NCBI GenBank assembly: GCA_031366795.1
Contig: JANLOX010000076.1
Location: 1 to 10,722, forward strand
Direction of reading: 5' to 3'
DNA: 10,722 bases
DNA from: Candidatus Eiseniibacteriota bacterium
Lineage (GTDB): Bacteria > Eisenbacteria > RBG-16-71-46
Shown: piece by piece, positions 1 through 7,579 of the stretch
Numbering within the stretch: position 1 is the stretch's first letter
Layout of the letters: every line of letters begins with the position of its first letter
The notes under the pieces: generated by a model
What the model saw: only the letters and a program-made list of their open reading frames with translations
What the model was told of the DNA's origin: nothing
The model's database searches: none
Translations under genes and position numbers: made by a program

Positions 1-1
1 G

Positions 2-1003
2 TTCGCGTTCGGTCTGGTCGCCTTCGGCCTGCTCGGCATGGGACCAGTGACGATCGCCGTCGACTCCTATGGCCCCGTCACCGACAACGCCCAGTCGATC
101 TTCGAGCTGTCACAGATCGAGACGACGCCGGGTGCCGCCGAGGAAGTCGAGAAGCAGTTCGGCTTCAAGCCCGACTTCGAGAAGGGCAAGCATTACCTCG
201 AGGACAACGACGGCGCGGGCAACACGTTCAAGGCCACGGCCAAGCCCGTGCTCATCGCCACTGCCGTCGCGGGGGCTACGACGATGTTGTTCTCGATCAT
301 CCTGACGCTGCAGAAGCACTTCGGGCTGGACGCCAATGGCGCGCAGATCTTCAAGCTGGACCTGCTCGACCCCTACGTACTGCTCGGCCTGCTGATGGGC
401 GGCGGCACGGTGTACTGGTTCACCGGCGCTTCAATCCAGGCCGTGACCACCGGCGCCTACCGCGCCGTCGAGTACATCAAGAAGAACATCAAGCTCGATT
501 CCGCCGAAGCGGCAAGCGTCGAGACCTCGCGCACCGTCGTGCGGATCTGTACGCAATACGCGCAGGCCGGCATGTTCAACATCTTCATGGTGATCTTCTG
601 CCTCACCATCGCCTACGCGTTCTTCAACGAAGTGTTCTTCATCGCCTACCTCGTCTCGATCGCGGTCGTCGGCCTGTTCCAGGCCGTCTACATGGCGAAC
701 GCTGGTGGCGCGTGGGACAACGCGAAGAAGGTGGTCGAGGTCGAATTGCACATGAAGGGCACCGAGCTGCACGACGCCTCGATCGTCGGCGACACCGTCG
801 GCGACCCCTACAAGGATACCTCGTCGGTGGCACTCAACCCGATCATCAAGTTCACGACGCTGTTCGGCCTGCTGGCGGTCGAGATGGCGGTTGCGAATCC
901 GACGATCCGCGTGCCGGTATCGGTCGTGTTCATGCTGATCGCGCTGTTCTACATTTACCGCTCGTTCTACGGCATGCGCATCACGTCGAACCAGTCGAAG
1001 TAG
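2..1003 (+). CDS. hppA: Membrane-bound proton/sodium-translocating pyrophosphatase, C-terminal part (5' truncated by window edge); divergent, probably K+-independent subfamily
   Basis: Frame is open from base 2 (FAFGLVAFGLLG-MGPV...). mPPase motifs DSYGPVTDNAQS, DGAGNTFKATAK, AGGAWDNAKK and GDTVGDPYKDT are present, with multiple hydrophobic helices and strongly GC3-biased codons. Stop TAG at 1001-1003. Confidence 0.96.
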   Translation, partial: FAFGLVAFGLLGMGPVTIAVDSYGPVTDNAQSIFELSQIETTPGAAEEVEKQFGFKPDFEKGKHYLEDNDGAGNTFKATAKPVLIATAVAGATTMLFSIILTLQKHFGLDANGAQIFKLDLLDPYVLLGLLMGGGTVYWFTGASIQAVTTGAYRAVEYIKKNIKLDSAEAASVETSRTVVRICTQYAQAGMFNIFMVIFCLTIAYAFFNEVFFIAYLVSIAVVGLFQAVYMANAGGAWDNAKKVVEVELHMKGTELHDASIVGDTVGDPYKDTSSVALNPIIKFTTLFGLLAVEMAVANPTIRVPVSVVFMLIALFYIYRSFYGMRITSNQSK

Positions 1004-1016
1004 CAGCGCGCACAGC

Positions 1017-1057
1017 AACGGGCCCCGCACTTCAGCGTGCGGGGCCCGTTCGTTTTT
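1017..1057 (+). terminator. Rho-independent terminator of hppA
   Basis: Perfect 14-bp stem AACGGGCCCCGCAC (1017-1030) / GTGCGGGGCCCGTT (1037-1050), 6-nt loop, followed by CGTTTTT; begins 13 nt after the stop codon. Confidence 0.9.
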
Positions 1058-1113
1058 GCACCCACTGTCCGCGCGGACACCTGGGCTCGCCGCTGGCTGC
1101 TCCGCTCCCGCCC

Positions 1114-1971
1114 CTACTTCCCCAGCTTGCTAGCGATGTGCAGGGTCGGGGCTACGAAGTAGGCCGTGCCGTAGACGGCTCCCATCACCGCCAGGGAGAT
1201 CAGCAGGCGCCGCCCCTTGACCGGCTCGTCGCTTTCCCAGCGGAACAGCAAGCCGTTGATGCTGACGCCGATCACCGCGGTGAGCAGCAGCATGATCACC
1301 GGCGCGCCCAGGTTGAACACGTTGACTCCGCGGATGATCACTCCCTGCAGTGCCTCGACCAGGTAGGTCGTGGGGATCAACCGTGCGACACGCTGCAGCC
1401 ATTCCGGCAGGAGCGGGAACGGGATCGTGGCGCCGGACAGGAACATCAGGGGGAAGAACAGGAAGTTCGTCATCGCCGGCGCCACCTTGCTGTCGCGCGC
1501 GATGCTGCCGACCACCAGCCCGAACGGAATGAGCGCCAGCCCACCGAGTGCGATGACGATGAACAACGAGACGACGGACCCATTCGCGCTGAAGCCGAAC
1601 AGCAGCCGCGCCACGAGCACCTGGACCGCGACCGACCCGAGCAGCATCGTCAGCGACATGGCACCATGCGCCAGCACGATCGAGAGCGGGTGCAGTGGCG
1701 TCAGGCGGTGCCGCCTGAGGATGCCCGTTTCGCGTTCGGTGACCATGCGAATGGCGACACCAAACAGGCTGCCCGAGATGGTGGTGATGGTGAGCAGCCC
1801 TGGCATCAGGATGTCCAACTGCTGGGGATCGCCCCGGCCGAACACCGAACCGAAGATCAGCAGGAACACGAGCGGGAATGCCAGCGTCCAGTACACGGCC
1901 GTGCGCGAGCGCATGAAGGTGATCAGGTGACCGCGGTACAGCGCGGCCCAGGCGCGCAGGATCGGCATCAT
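1114..1971 (-). CDS. ABC-2 type exporter permease
   Basis: About 6-7 hydrophobic segments; ABC-2 hallmarks 'FWTLAFP'-like YWTLAFPL, ERETGILRR..LTP, FLSGATIP...LPEWLQ.VARLIPTTY. Start overlaps the ATPase stop (ATGA/TGATG at 1966-1971). Confidence 0.92.
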   Translation of the reverse strand: MMPILRAWAALYRGHLITFMRSRTAVYWTLAFPLVFLLIFGSVFGRGDPQQLDILMPGLLTITTISGSLFGVAIRMVTERETGILRRHRLTPLHPLSIVLAHGAMSLTMLLGSVAVQVLVARLLFGFSANGSVVSLFIVIALGGLALIPFGLVVGSIARDSKVAPAMTNFLFFPLMFLSGATIPFPLLPEWLQRVARLIPTTYLVEALQGVIIRGVNVFNLGAPVIMLLLTAVIGVSINGLLFRWESDEPVKGRRLLISLAVMGAVYGTAYFVAPTLHIASKLGK

Positions 1972-2903
1972 GATGCGCCTTCCCGCAGGGCGGCTTCAGG
2001 ATCATCCGCCACCAGTTCGAGATAAACGTCCTCGAGCGTGGGCCGCTTCATGCGCAGGTCGGTGAGCTTCAGGCCCTGGTTCCGCAACATATCGCCCAGC
2101 GCGACGATCGCCGCCGCCGGATCGTGGGTGACGAACTTGAAGTGCGCCCCCTCCCTGCCCTGTGCGCTGGCACGCGCCGCCAGCAGCGGCGCCGGATCGA
2201 AGTCATGCGAGCAGGCGATCCACAGCGTTGAACTGCCGCCCGAACGCTGCAGCAGGTCGAACGGCGAGCCGTCCGCGACCACCTCGCCTGAGCGCAGCAC
2301 GATAACGCGGTCGCACAGTTGCTCGGCTTCCTCGATGTAGTGTGTGCTCAGGATGATCGAGCAGCCTTCTTCGCGCAGCGAGCGCACGAGTTCATGCAGC
2401 GCGCGGCGCGCGACGGGATCGAGCCCGGTGGTAGGCTCGTCGAGGATCAGCAGCTCGGGCCCGTGCAGGATCGCCATGGCGAGCGCCAGGCGCTGGCGCT
2501 GGCCACCCGACAGCTCGCGCACCAGCGACTTCGATTTCGCGGTGAGCCCCACGCGATCGAGAATCGCCGCGACGGGGCGCGTCGAGGGATAGAAGGCGGC
2601 GTACATGCGCAGCACTTCGAAGGGAGTCAGGTCGGGTGGGATCGCCGTGGACTGGAGTTGTGCGCCGATGCGCAAGCGCAGCTTCGAAGCCTCGCGCGTG
2701 GGATCCATTCCCAGCACGCGAACGCGGCCACGTGTCGGCTCGCGCAAGCCCTCGAGTGTCTCGACCAGTGTCGTCTTGCCGGCTCCGTTGGGCCCCAGCA
2801 ATCCCGTGATGCCGCCCGGCGCGATCTCGAGGCTCACGCCCTTGAGCGCCCGCAAGTCCCCGTAGTCGCGTTCAAGCCCTTCGATCAGGATGCTGGATTG
2901 CAC
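1968..2903 (-). CDS. ABC transporter ATP-binding protein (DrrA/NodI-like)
   Basis: Walker A GPNGAGKT, signature LSGGQ, Walker B LLILDEPT, H-loop STH, C-terminal PTLEDVYL. Start moved from 2996 to GTG at 2903, which removes the overlap with the upstream gene and leaves an 8-nt gap. Confidence 0.93.
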   Translation of the reverse strand: MQSSILIEGLERDYGDLRALKGVSLEIAPGGITGLLGPNGAGKTTLVETLEGLREPTRGRVRVLGMDPTREASKLRLRIGAQLQSTAIPPDLTPFEVLRMYAAFYPSTRPVAAILDRVGLTAKSKSLVRELSGGQRQRLALAMAILHGPELLILDEPTTGLDPVARRALHELVRSLREEGCSIILSTHYIEEAEQLCDRVIVLRSGEVVADGSPFDLLQRSGGSSTLWIACSHDFDPAPLLAARASAQGREGAHFKFVTHDPAAAIVALGDMLRNQGLKLTDLRMKRPTLEDVYLELVADDPEAALREGAS

Positions 2904-2911
2904 GCGAGCGG

Positions 2912-3259
2912 TCAGGCTTTCGGGGATGCCAACTGGTCGATCTTGGCCGCCATGATGAAATCGTTGCGGTGCAGTCCGCGAATCTTGTGCGTCCACGTCT
3001 CCACACGCACGCGCCCGCCACTGATGTGCAGGTCCGGATGGTGCTCCTCGGACTCGGCCAACTCGCCGACACGGATCGCGAACGCCAGGGCGGCCGCGAA
3101 GTCCGCGAACTTGAACCCGCGCTCGATACGCATGGTGCGGTCGCGCTCAACCATGTGCCACTCGGGGATCTTGGTCAGCATCGCCCGCACCTCGTCCGGC
3201 GTCAGCGGCGGCACACCGCCGCGGCAAGGTTCGCAATGGGATTCGATCAGGGATGCCAT
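2912..3259 (-). CDS. phhB: Pterin-4a-carbinolamine dehydratase (4a-hydroxytetrahydrobiopterin dehydratase, PhhB/COG2154 family)
   Basis: N-terminal CEPC, F.F.DF..A..F, AESEEHHPD, WTH and GL..NDFIMAAKID motifs. GGAGG Shine-Dalgarno upstream of ATG 3259 (115 aa). Confidence 0.92.
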   Translation of the reverse strand: MASLIESHCEPCRGGVPPLTPDEVRAMLTKIPEWHMVERDRTMRIERGFKFADFAAALAFAIRVGELAESEEHHPDLHISGGRVRVETWTHKIRGLHRNDFIMAAKIDQLASPKA

Positions 3260-3448
3260 ACTTGAGCCTCCAACAATGGGGCACGCCAAGGGTGAATGAT
3301 ACCTTAGAGGCTAAACGACCCGGGCACGCGGCGCCAGCGGTCCTGGAAGTCCCTGCTTGACGGCGCGAAAATCATCCCGTTTGCTGGCCGCTCCCAGCCC
3401 CCACCGCGACCGGCTGAAAGACCCTCATCCCCATCGAGGTCACACATC

Positions 3449-4018
3449 ATGACGACCCCTCTGGTTCGACTCATTACGCCCATCGCCGACTTCACTTCAC
3501 CTGAAGTCTCGATCTACTTCGCGCAACTCGAGACGCTCACGAACAGCCTGCGCGATGACGTGAGGGACGCCACCCCAGAACAGCTCGAATGGCAGCCCGC
3601 TCCCGGCATGAACACGGCCGGCATGCTGCTCGCGCACATCGCGGTCGCGGAAGCCTACTGGGCCTCGATCATCGGTGAGCGCGCCTTCCTGTGCGAGAAG
3701 GTGCTGGGCATCGGCGCCGATGACGATGGGCTGCCATGCGCGGACGGGGCCGGTCCGCCGGACACCCTCAAGGGCAAAGCGATCCCCTGGTACTTCGACC
3801 TGTTGATGAAGGCGCGTGCCAGCACGCACGCCATGATTTCGCCGCTCACCACCGCCGACTTGACGCGCGAGATCGAAGTCCGCGGCTCAGGCGGCGTGCG
3901 CATCATGAACGGCCACTGGATCCTCTATCACATGGTCGAGCACCTGGGCGGGCATTACGGGCAGATCAACCTGCTGATGCATTTGCAGCGCGCGGGAGCG
4001 GCGAAGGTAGCGGGGTAG
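3449..4018 (+). CDS. DinB/YfiT-superfamily protein (putative metal-dependent thiol S-transferase-like)
   Basis: L.WQP..GMNT.GMLLAHIA.AE..W and W.LYHMVEHLGGHYGQI; His triad H63/H165/H169; GAGG Shine-Dalgarno before the ATG. Confidence 0.88.
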   Translation: MTTPLVRLITPIADFTSPEVSIYFAQLETLTNSLRDDVRDATPEQLEWQPAPGMNTAGMLLAHIAVAEAYWASIIGERAFLCEKVLGIGADDDGLPCADGAGPPDTLKGKAIPWYFDLLMKARASTHAMISPLTTADLTREIEVRGSGGVRIMNGHWILYHMVEHLGGHYGQINLLMHLQRAGAAKVAG

Positions 4019-4025
4019 CTGGGGA

Positions 4026-4277
4026 TCAAGTGCCGCTCGCGATAGCCGACTGGTGGAGGACCGCGGGGTCGAGATCTGCGCCGTTGGGCCAGACGATCGT
4101 GCCAAGGTCCGCATTCACCCGGACCTGCGCGAAGATCACAGGATCCTCGAGCGGCGCGAATACGCCTTCGAACGGCACCAAGCGTGCGATGTCTACGACA
4201 CCCTCGGTGCCATCATCGAAACCGAGCCGCAGGCAGCGGCCTTCCAATACCTCAACGCGAACAACATCCACGATCAT
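4026..4277 (-). CDS. DUF2442 domain protein (putative antitoxin)
   Basis: 83 aa, V..VEVL....LRL.FDDG.EG.VD......GVF.PL.D...F.QV.V....GTI.WPNGADLDP..L. GAGG Shine-Dalgarno; start is 2 nt after the DUF4160 stop. Confidence 0.88.
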   Translation of the reverse strand: MIVDVVRVEVLEGRCLRLGFDDGTEGVVDIARLVPFEGVFAPLEDPVIFAQVRVNADLGTIVWPNGADLDPAVLHQSAIASGT

Positions 4278-4279
4278 GG

Positions 4280-4540
4280 TTACCTCAGAGGAGCGATACG
4301 TTTCAGGGGTTCCGCTCTTGCAGCGCGGTCCCAGTCCTCGCGAAGCTCTAGCCGGTGAAGGCTTGCCCACTCCATAACGAGCCCGAGCACACGCGGTGGG
4401 AGTCGCCCCTCCATCAGGGCAAGGGGCTCGAGCGCAAGGCTCGCCCGATAGCTCGCATACCTCACATGAAAGTGGGGCGGTGCATGGTCGCTGTAGTACA
4501 TGGCGATAACGATCCCGAAAAAACGGCAAATCTCAGGCAT
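4280..4540 (-). CDS. DUF4160 domain protein (putative toxin)
   Basis: 86 aa, MPEICRFFGIVIAMYY.DH.PPHFH..Y...G.LP.R.L.LV.EWA.LH..EL...W.......LK.I.PL, the typical DUF4160 pattern. GGAG upstream of ATG 4540. Confidence 0.9.
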   Translation of the reverse strand: MPEICRFFGIVIAMYYSDHAPPHFHVRYASYRASLALEPLALMEGRLPPRVLGLVMEWASLHRLELREDWDRAARAEPLKRIAPLR

Positions 4541-4689
4541 CCGGATGGCTCCGCAGGGGCGGTCCATTCGGGGATGCCGCGAGCTTACCTCAACTTGGCC
4601 GAGTGCTTCCTGCCAAAATGAGGGGCCACAGCGAGCCCTACCCCGGCGGGTTCAGTGCGATTTGTGGGGAAATGGATCACGGCTGCCCC

Positions 4690-6477
4690 TCACGCCGGCC
4701 CTTTCGTGATTTGAGCGCCGATGTCGGAGCGGTGCAGGGCGCGATCCCAGATCAGGATGACGTGCGACTCCCCGGGGGCTGGGTGATAAACGTGAGGCCC
4801 CGAGTGGAGCACGCGGGCATCGCGGTAGGTCGCGCCATCGAGGCGGCCGCGGCCGGGCAGGCCGTCGGCGAGGATCGCGAACCTCTCGGAGTAGCTGACG
4901 TCAAAGTGCCGCGAGGTGGCGCGCCGGTCCGAACCGAGGTCTGCTCCCAGCACGCGCAGCGAGCGATCCGGCACAAAGTGTGTATTCAGGAATTCGCGCG
5001 CCGCGGGTGGAAATCCAGGATTGTCCGGCGTGGCGAAGTGCGTTCGCGCATGGCGGACATCGCTCGCAATGCGGTCGGGGAGCAATCCCAACGCGAGCCG
5101 GCACTTGGTCACGCCCTCGAGCGCGAAGTAGTACGGCCGCGGCCGGAACACCGTCTCGCCCTTGAGATCCATGATGGATTCGTGCGCACGGGTCAGGCGC
5201 AGCACATCGCCCAGGAGCTCGACTTGCGGATCGCTTGAACTGCGCCAGATCGGCGCCACTTCGAACACCGAGAGCATCTCGAACGCCACGATAAGCCCCA
5301 ACGTCCACACCACTCCCTGCCGGGCGATGCGGGAGCGCTTCTCCCGCCGGCTCCACCGCCACGCCCCACGGACGGCGGCGGTAACCAGGAGGGCGAGCAT
5401 GGGGATCCACGGCAAGTAGTCTTCCCGAGTGATGAGGGGCCACCAGCTCTCGAGAAACCCGATGAAGCATCCGGTCGACAACAGCAGCACGACCCGCCTG
5501 CCCTGCGCGGGCGAGGTGCGATCGCTCCCCAACAGCCAGCGCGCGGCGGGAATCATCGCCAGCAGCACGGCGGGCAGTATCCACGGCCGGACGGATTCGG
5601 TTCCCCAGTGACCCAAATGCGGCACGATGTTGTGCTCGAGCGTGCAGTACCTCATCGCATCGAGTCCGCCGATCCACCAGAAGCCCACCACGATCAGTAC
5701 CGGCAGCACCACGAATCCCGCGGCGACCCAACCGAACGCCCGCGCCCATTCCCCCACCCGCGCGGCCGTGCGGTGGCGCGGGCGCGCCAGTGCGACCACG
5801 GTCACGCCGATCCCAAGCGCCGCAAGCAGCAGGATGGTCTTGAGCGAGGTCACGAGTGCCACGCCCAGCAGCAATCCCCCCACGAACCCGCGCCGCCGCG
5901 ACCACGGGCCCCCAAGCAATGCGACGAGCGCGCATAGCCAGGCGGCCATCCACAGGATGTCGGCGCGGAATTCGGTCGAGGTCAGGAGCCACGTCGGCGA
6001 GACACTCGCCCCCAACGCGGCCCATGCTCCAGTGCGCGGCGACCAGAGCAGGCTGCCGAGCCGGTAGGTCGCCCACAACGACAGCGCCACGAGTGGCAGA
6101 AGGAGAATTCGGCCCAGCAGGATGATGTCGGCGCGCTCCCCAAGCAGGCGCATGACCGGCGCCATGAGCAAGTGAAAAAGCGGCGCATGATTGTCGAACA
6201 CGTCGCGGTACTGAACGAGTCCCTGGTTCCAGCCCCAGATCACGTGGAGATGTTGTGGCTCATCCGAATTGATCTGGTGGTTGAACAGCGCCATCGCACG
6301 CAACGCGAATTGCACCACGATGAGCAACGCGATGACGAACCATTCTGATCCAGGCTGGGCGCGATTCCCGCGCGACTGCGCGCTGCTTGCCGTCGTTACC
6401 GCAAATACCGTCATGAGCCCTGTCTGGGAGAGTTCGCGCACCGGCGCGATCGCGTCAGCGGCCGTCACACTAGCCAT
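4690..6477 (-). CDS. GT-C superfamily membrane glycosyltransferase (ArnT/PMT, GT39/GT83-like)
   Basis: Acidic 'NSDEPQH' motif after the first TM helix, YRDVFDNHAPLF, many TM helices and a soluble C-terminal domain. The start is uncertain (in-frame ATGs at 6507, 6504, 6477 and 6414). Confidence 0.78.
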   Translation of the reverse strand: MASVTAADAIAPVRELSQTGLMTVFAVTTASSAQSRGNRAQPGSEWFVIALLIVVQFALRAMALFNHQINSDEPQHLHVIWGWNQGLVQYRDVFDNHAPLFHLLMAPVMRLLGERADIILLGRILLLPLVALSLWATYRLGSLLWSPRTGAWAALGASVSPTWLLTSTEFRADILWMAAWLCALVALLGGPWSRRRGFVGGLLLGVALVTSLKTILLLAALGIGVTVVALARPRHRTAARVGEWARAFGWVAAGFVVLPVLIVVGFWWIGGLDAMRYCTLEHNIVPHLGHWGTESVRPWILPAVLLAMIPAARWLLGSDRTSPAQGRRVVLLLSTGCFIGFLESWWPLITREDYLPWIPMLALLVTAAVRGAWRWSRREKRSRIARQGVVWTLGLIVAFEMLSVFEVAPIWRSSSDPQVELLGDVLRLTRAHESIMDLKGETVFRPRPYYFALEGVTKCRLALGLLPDRIASDVRHARTHFATPDNPGFPPAAREFLNTHFVPDRSLRVLGADLGSDRRATSRHFDVSYSERFAILADGLPGRGRLDGATYRDARVLHSGPHVYHPAPGESHVILIWDRALHRSDIGAQITKGPA

Positions 6478-6502
6478 ACCCCACGCCGCGCGCTGTGTTT
6501 CC

Positions 6503-6537
6503 ATCATACCGCGAGGGGCTGAACGGCGTCTGAACGG
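6503..6537 (-). promoter_or_regulatory. Putative activator-dependent promoter: tandem CCGTTCAG repeat (11-bp period) plus TATGAT -10 box
   Basis: Minus strand reads CCGTTCAG-ACG-CCGTTCAG-CCCCTCGCGG-TATGAT (repeat units at 6530-6537 and 6519-6526; -10 at 6503-6508). No recognisable -35 hexamer. Confidence 0.45.
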
Positions 6538-6545
6538 AATTGGGC

Positions 6546-7484
6546 TTAAAATCTCACCTGCACCTGCCCGATGAACGAGTCCGCGTTGATCTGCTTCGCT
6601 CCCGTCGCGCGGCGCACACGGTTCGGCACGATCTCGACGTTGGTGCCGATGGTGGTGGCGCGGACGCGGCGCGCGATACCGATGGCGGGGCGCTGGAAGT
6701 CCTCGAGCCGGCCGATGAGCTGCACCTGCGGGATCACGCGGAATCCGCCGAGCACGTACCAGCCGCAGTCATCCTTGTTGCGCGCGCGGCCTTGCAAATG
6801 ACGCGTGATGTACTCCGAGCGCACCATCGCGCCGCCGTATTCGCCCGTGCCCTCGACACCCCAGCGCACGCTGTCGGAGTTGGTGCGCGTGACACTGCTG
6901 CCCAGCGCGAGTTGCGCCAGCGGGCGCACCACCAGCCGCCCTACTGCCAGCACGGTGGAGTCGCGGTTGGCGATCGCGTTCTGGCCTTCGCCGTTGAACA
7001 CGCCCGCGGTGACGGTCGCGAAGAGCCCGAACATGTACTCGCCCATCACCCCGACGTCGTACTTGGGTGCGAGTGAATCCACGACGGCGGCGAAGTCGGC
7101 GGTCTCGAGCGCGGGCACAGGAATCAGGTACTCGCGGCTGAACGGCGTCTTGAATTGGCCGGCGGTGAGCGCGTAGGTCGGCATGGTCCACTTGATGGTC
7201 GCCTCGCGCAGGCTCACGGCCGCCGGGTTCTTCACGCCGGCGGACGCTTCGAGTTCCACGAGCGCGCGGTAGCTGAAGTGCTGCGGGAGCGCGCCGTCGA
7301 TCGAGAATCGCGCGCGATTCAGCGCTGCCGAAATCCCCGCGCGCTCGATCGCTGTCTCGCGCAGCTGGATGTAGCCGCCGAGCCTTGGGGGCGGCGGAGT
7401 CGTCGTCTGCGCCGCGGCGGCAGAGGCGAGCGCGAGCGCGAGGCCCAACAACGCGATCAAGGTGGCGCATGACAGGCGATTCAA
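6546..7484 (-). CDS. Outer-membrane porin, phosphate-selective porin O/P-like family
   Basis: Signal peptide ending AAA-Q; GGYIQ.R, LNRARF.I.G, L.AGQFKTPFSRE, D.GVM, AGVFNGEG.N; amphipathic beta-strands; C-terminal QVQVRF. TTG start with GGGAGG Shine-Dalgarno. Confidence 0.85.
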   Translation of the reverse strand: MNRLSCATLIALLGLALALASAAAAQTTTPPPPRLGGYIQLRETAIERAGISAALNRARFSIDGALPQHFSYRALVELEASAGVKNPAAVSLREATIKWTMPTYALTAGQFKTPFSREYLIPVPALETADFAAVVDSLAPKYDVGVMGEYMFGLFATVTAGVFNGEGQNAIANRDSTVLAVGRLVVRPLAQLALGSSVTRTNSDSVRWGVEGTGEYGGAMVRSEYITRHLQGRARNKDDCGWYVLGGFRVIPQVQLIGRLEDFQRPAIGIARRVRATTIGTNVEIVPNRVRRATGAKQINADSFIGQVQVRF

Positions 7485-7549
7485 GGCGTCCCTCCCGAGT
7501 TCGGCGAGTGTCGCTAAAGTTGCTTGAATGAATGATTACTAGACCCCAA

Positions 7550-7579
7550 TATGCCTCATTGGTCACTTTTTGAGGCATA
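7550..7579. promoter_or_regulatory. Perfect 9-bp inverted repeat in the AT-rich divergent promoter region (candidate operator)
   Basis: TATGCCTCA (7550-7558) - 12 nt - TGAGGCATA (7571-7579), roughly midway between the porin and modA starts. Confidence 0.5.

Noticed and set aside
712..2025. 437-aa plus-strand ORF, and similar long overlapping ORFs (2319-3299, 1130-2005, 4901-6076, 6769-7578)
   Set aside because: Arg/Gly/Ala/Pro-rich with no motifs; they are antisense or off-frame shadows of well-supported genes, as expected in GC-rich DNA.
2904..2996. N-terminal extension of the ABC ATPase overlapping the PCD gene
   Set aside because: The extension is unlike an ABC domain; GTG 2903 gives a normal N-terminus with no overlap.
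3357..3385. TTGACG-N17-TTTGCT as a promoter for the DinB gene
   Set aside because: Good -35, but the -10 lacks the critical A at position 2; too weak to call.
4011..4645. 8-bp inverted repeat CGGGGTAG (4011-4018) / CTACCCCG (4638-4645) bracketing the TA pair
   Set aside because: Short, includes the DinB stop codon, and there is no target-site duplication or transposase; compatible with chance.
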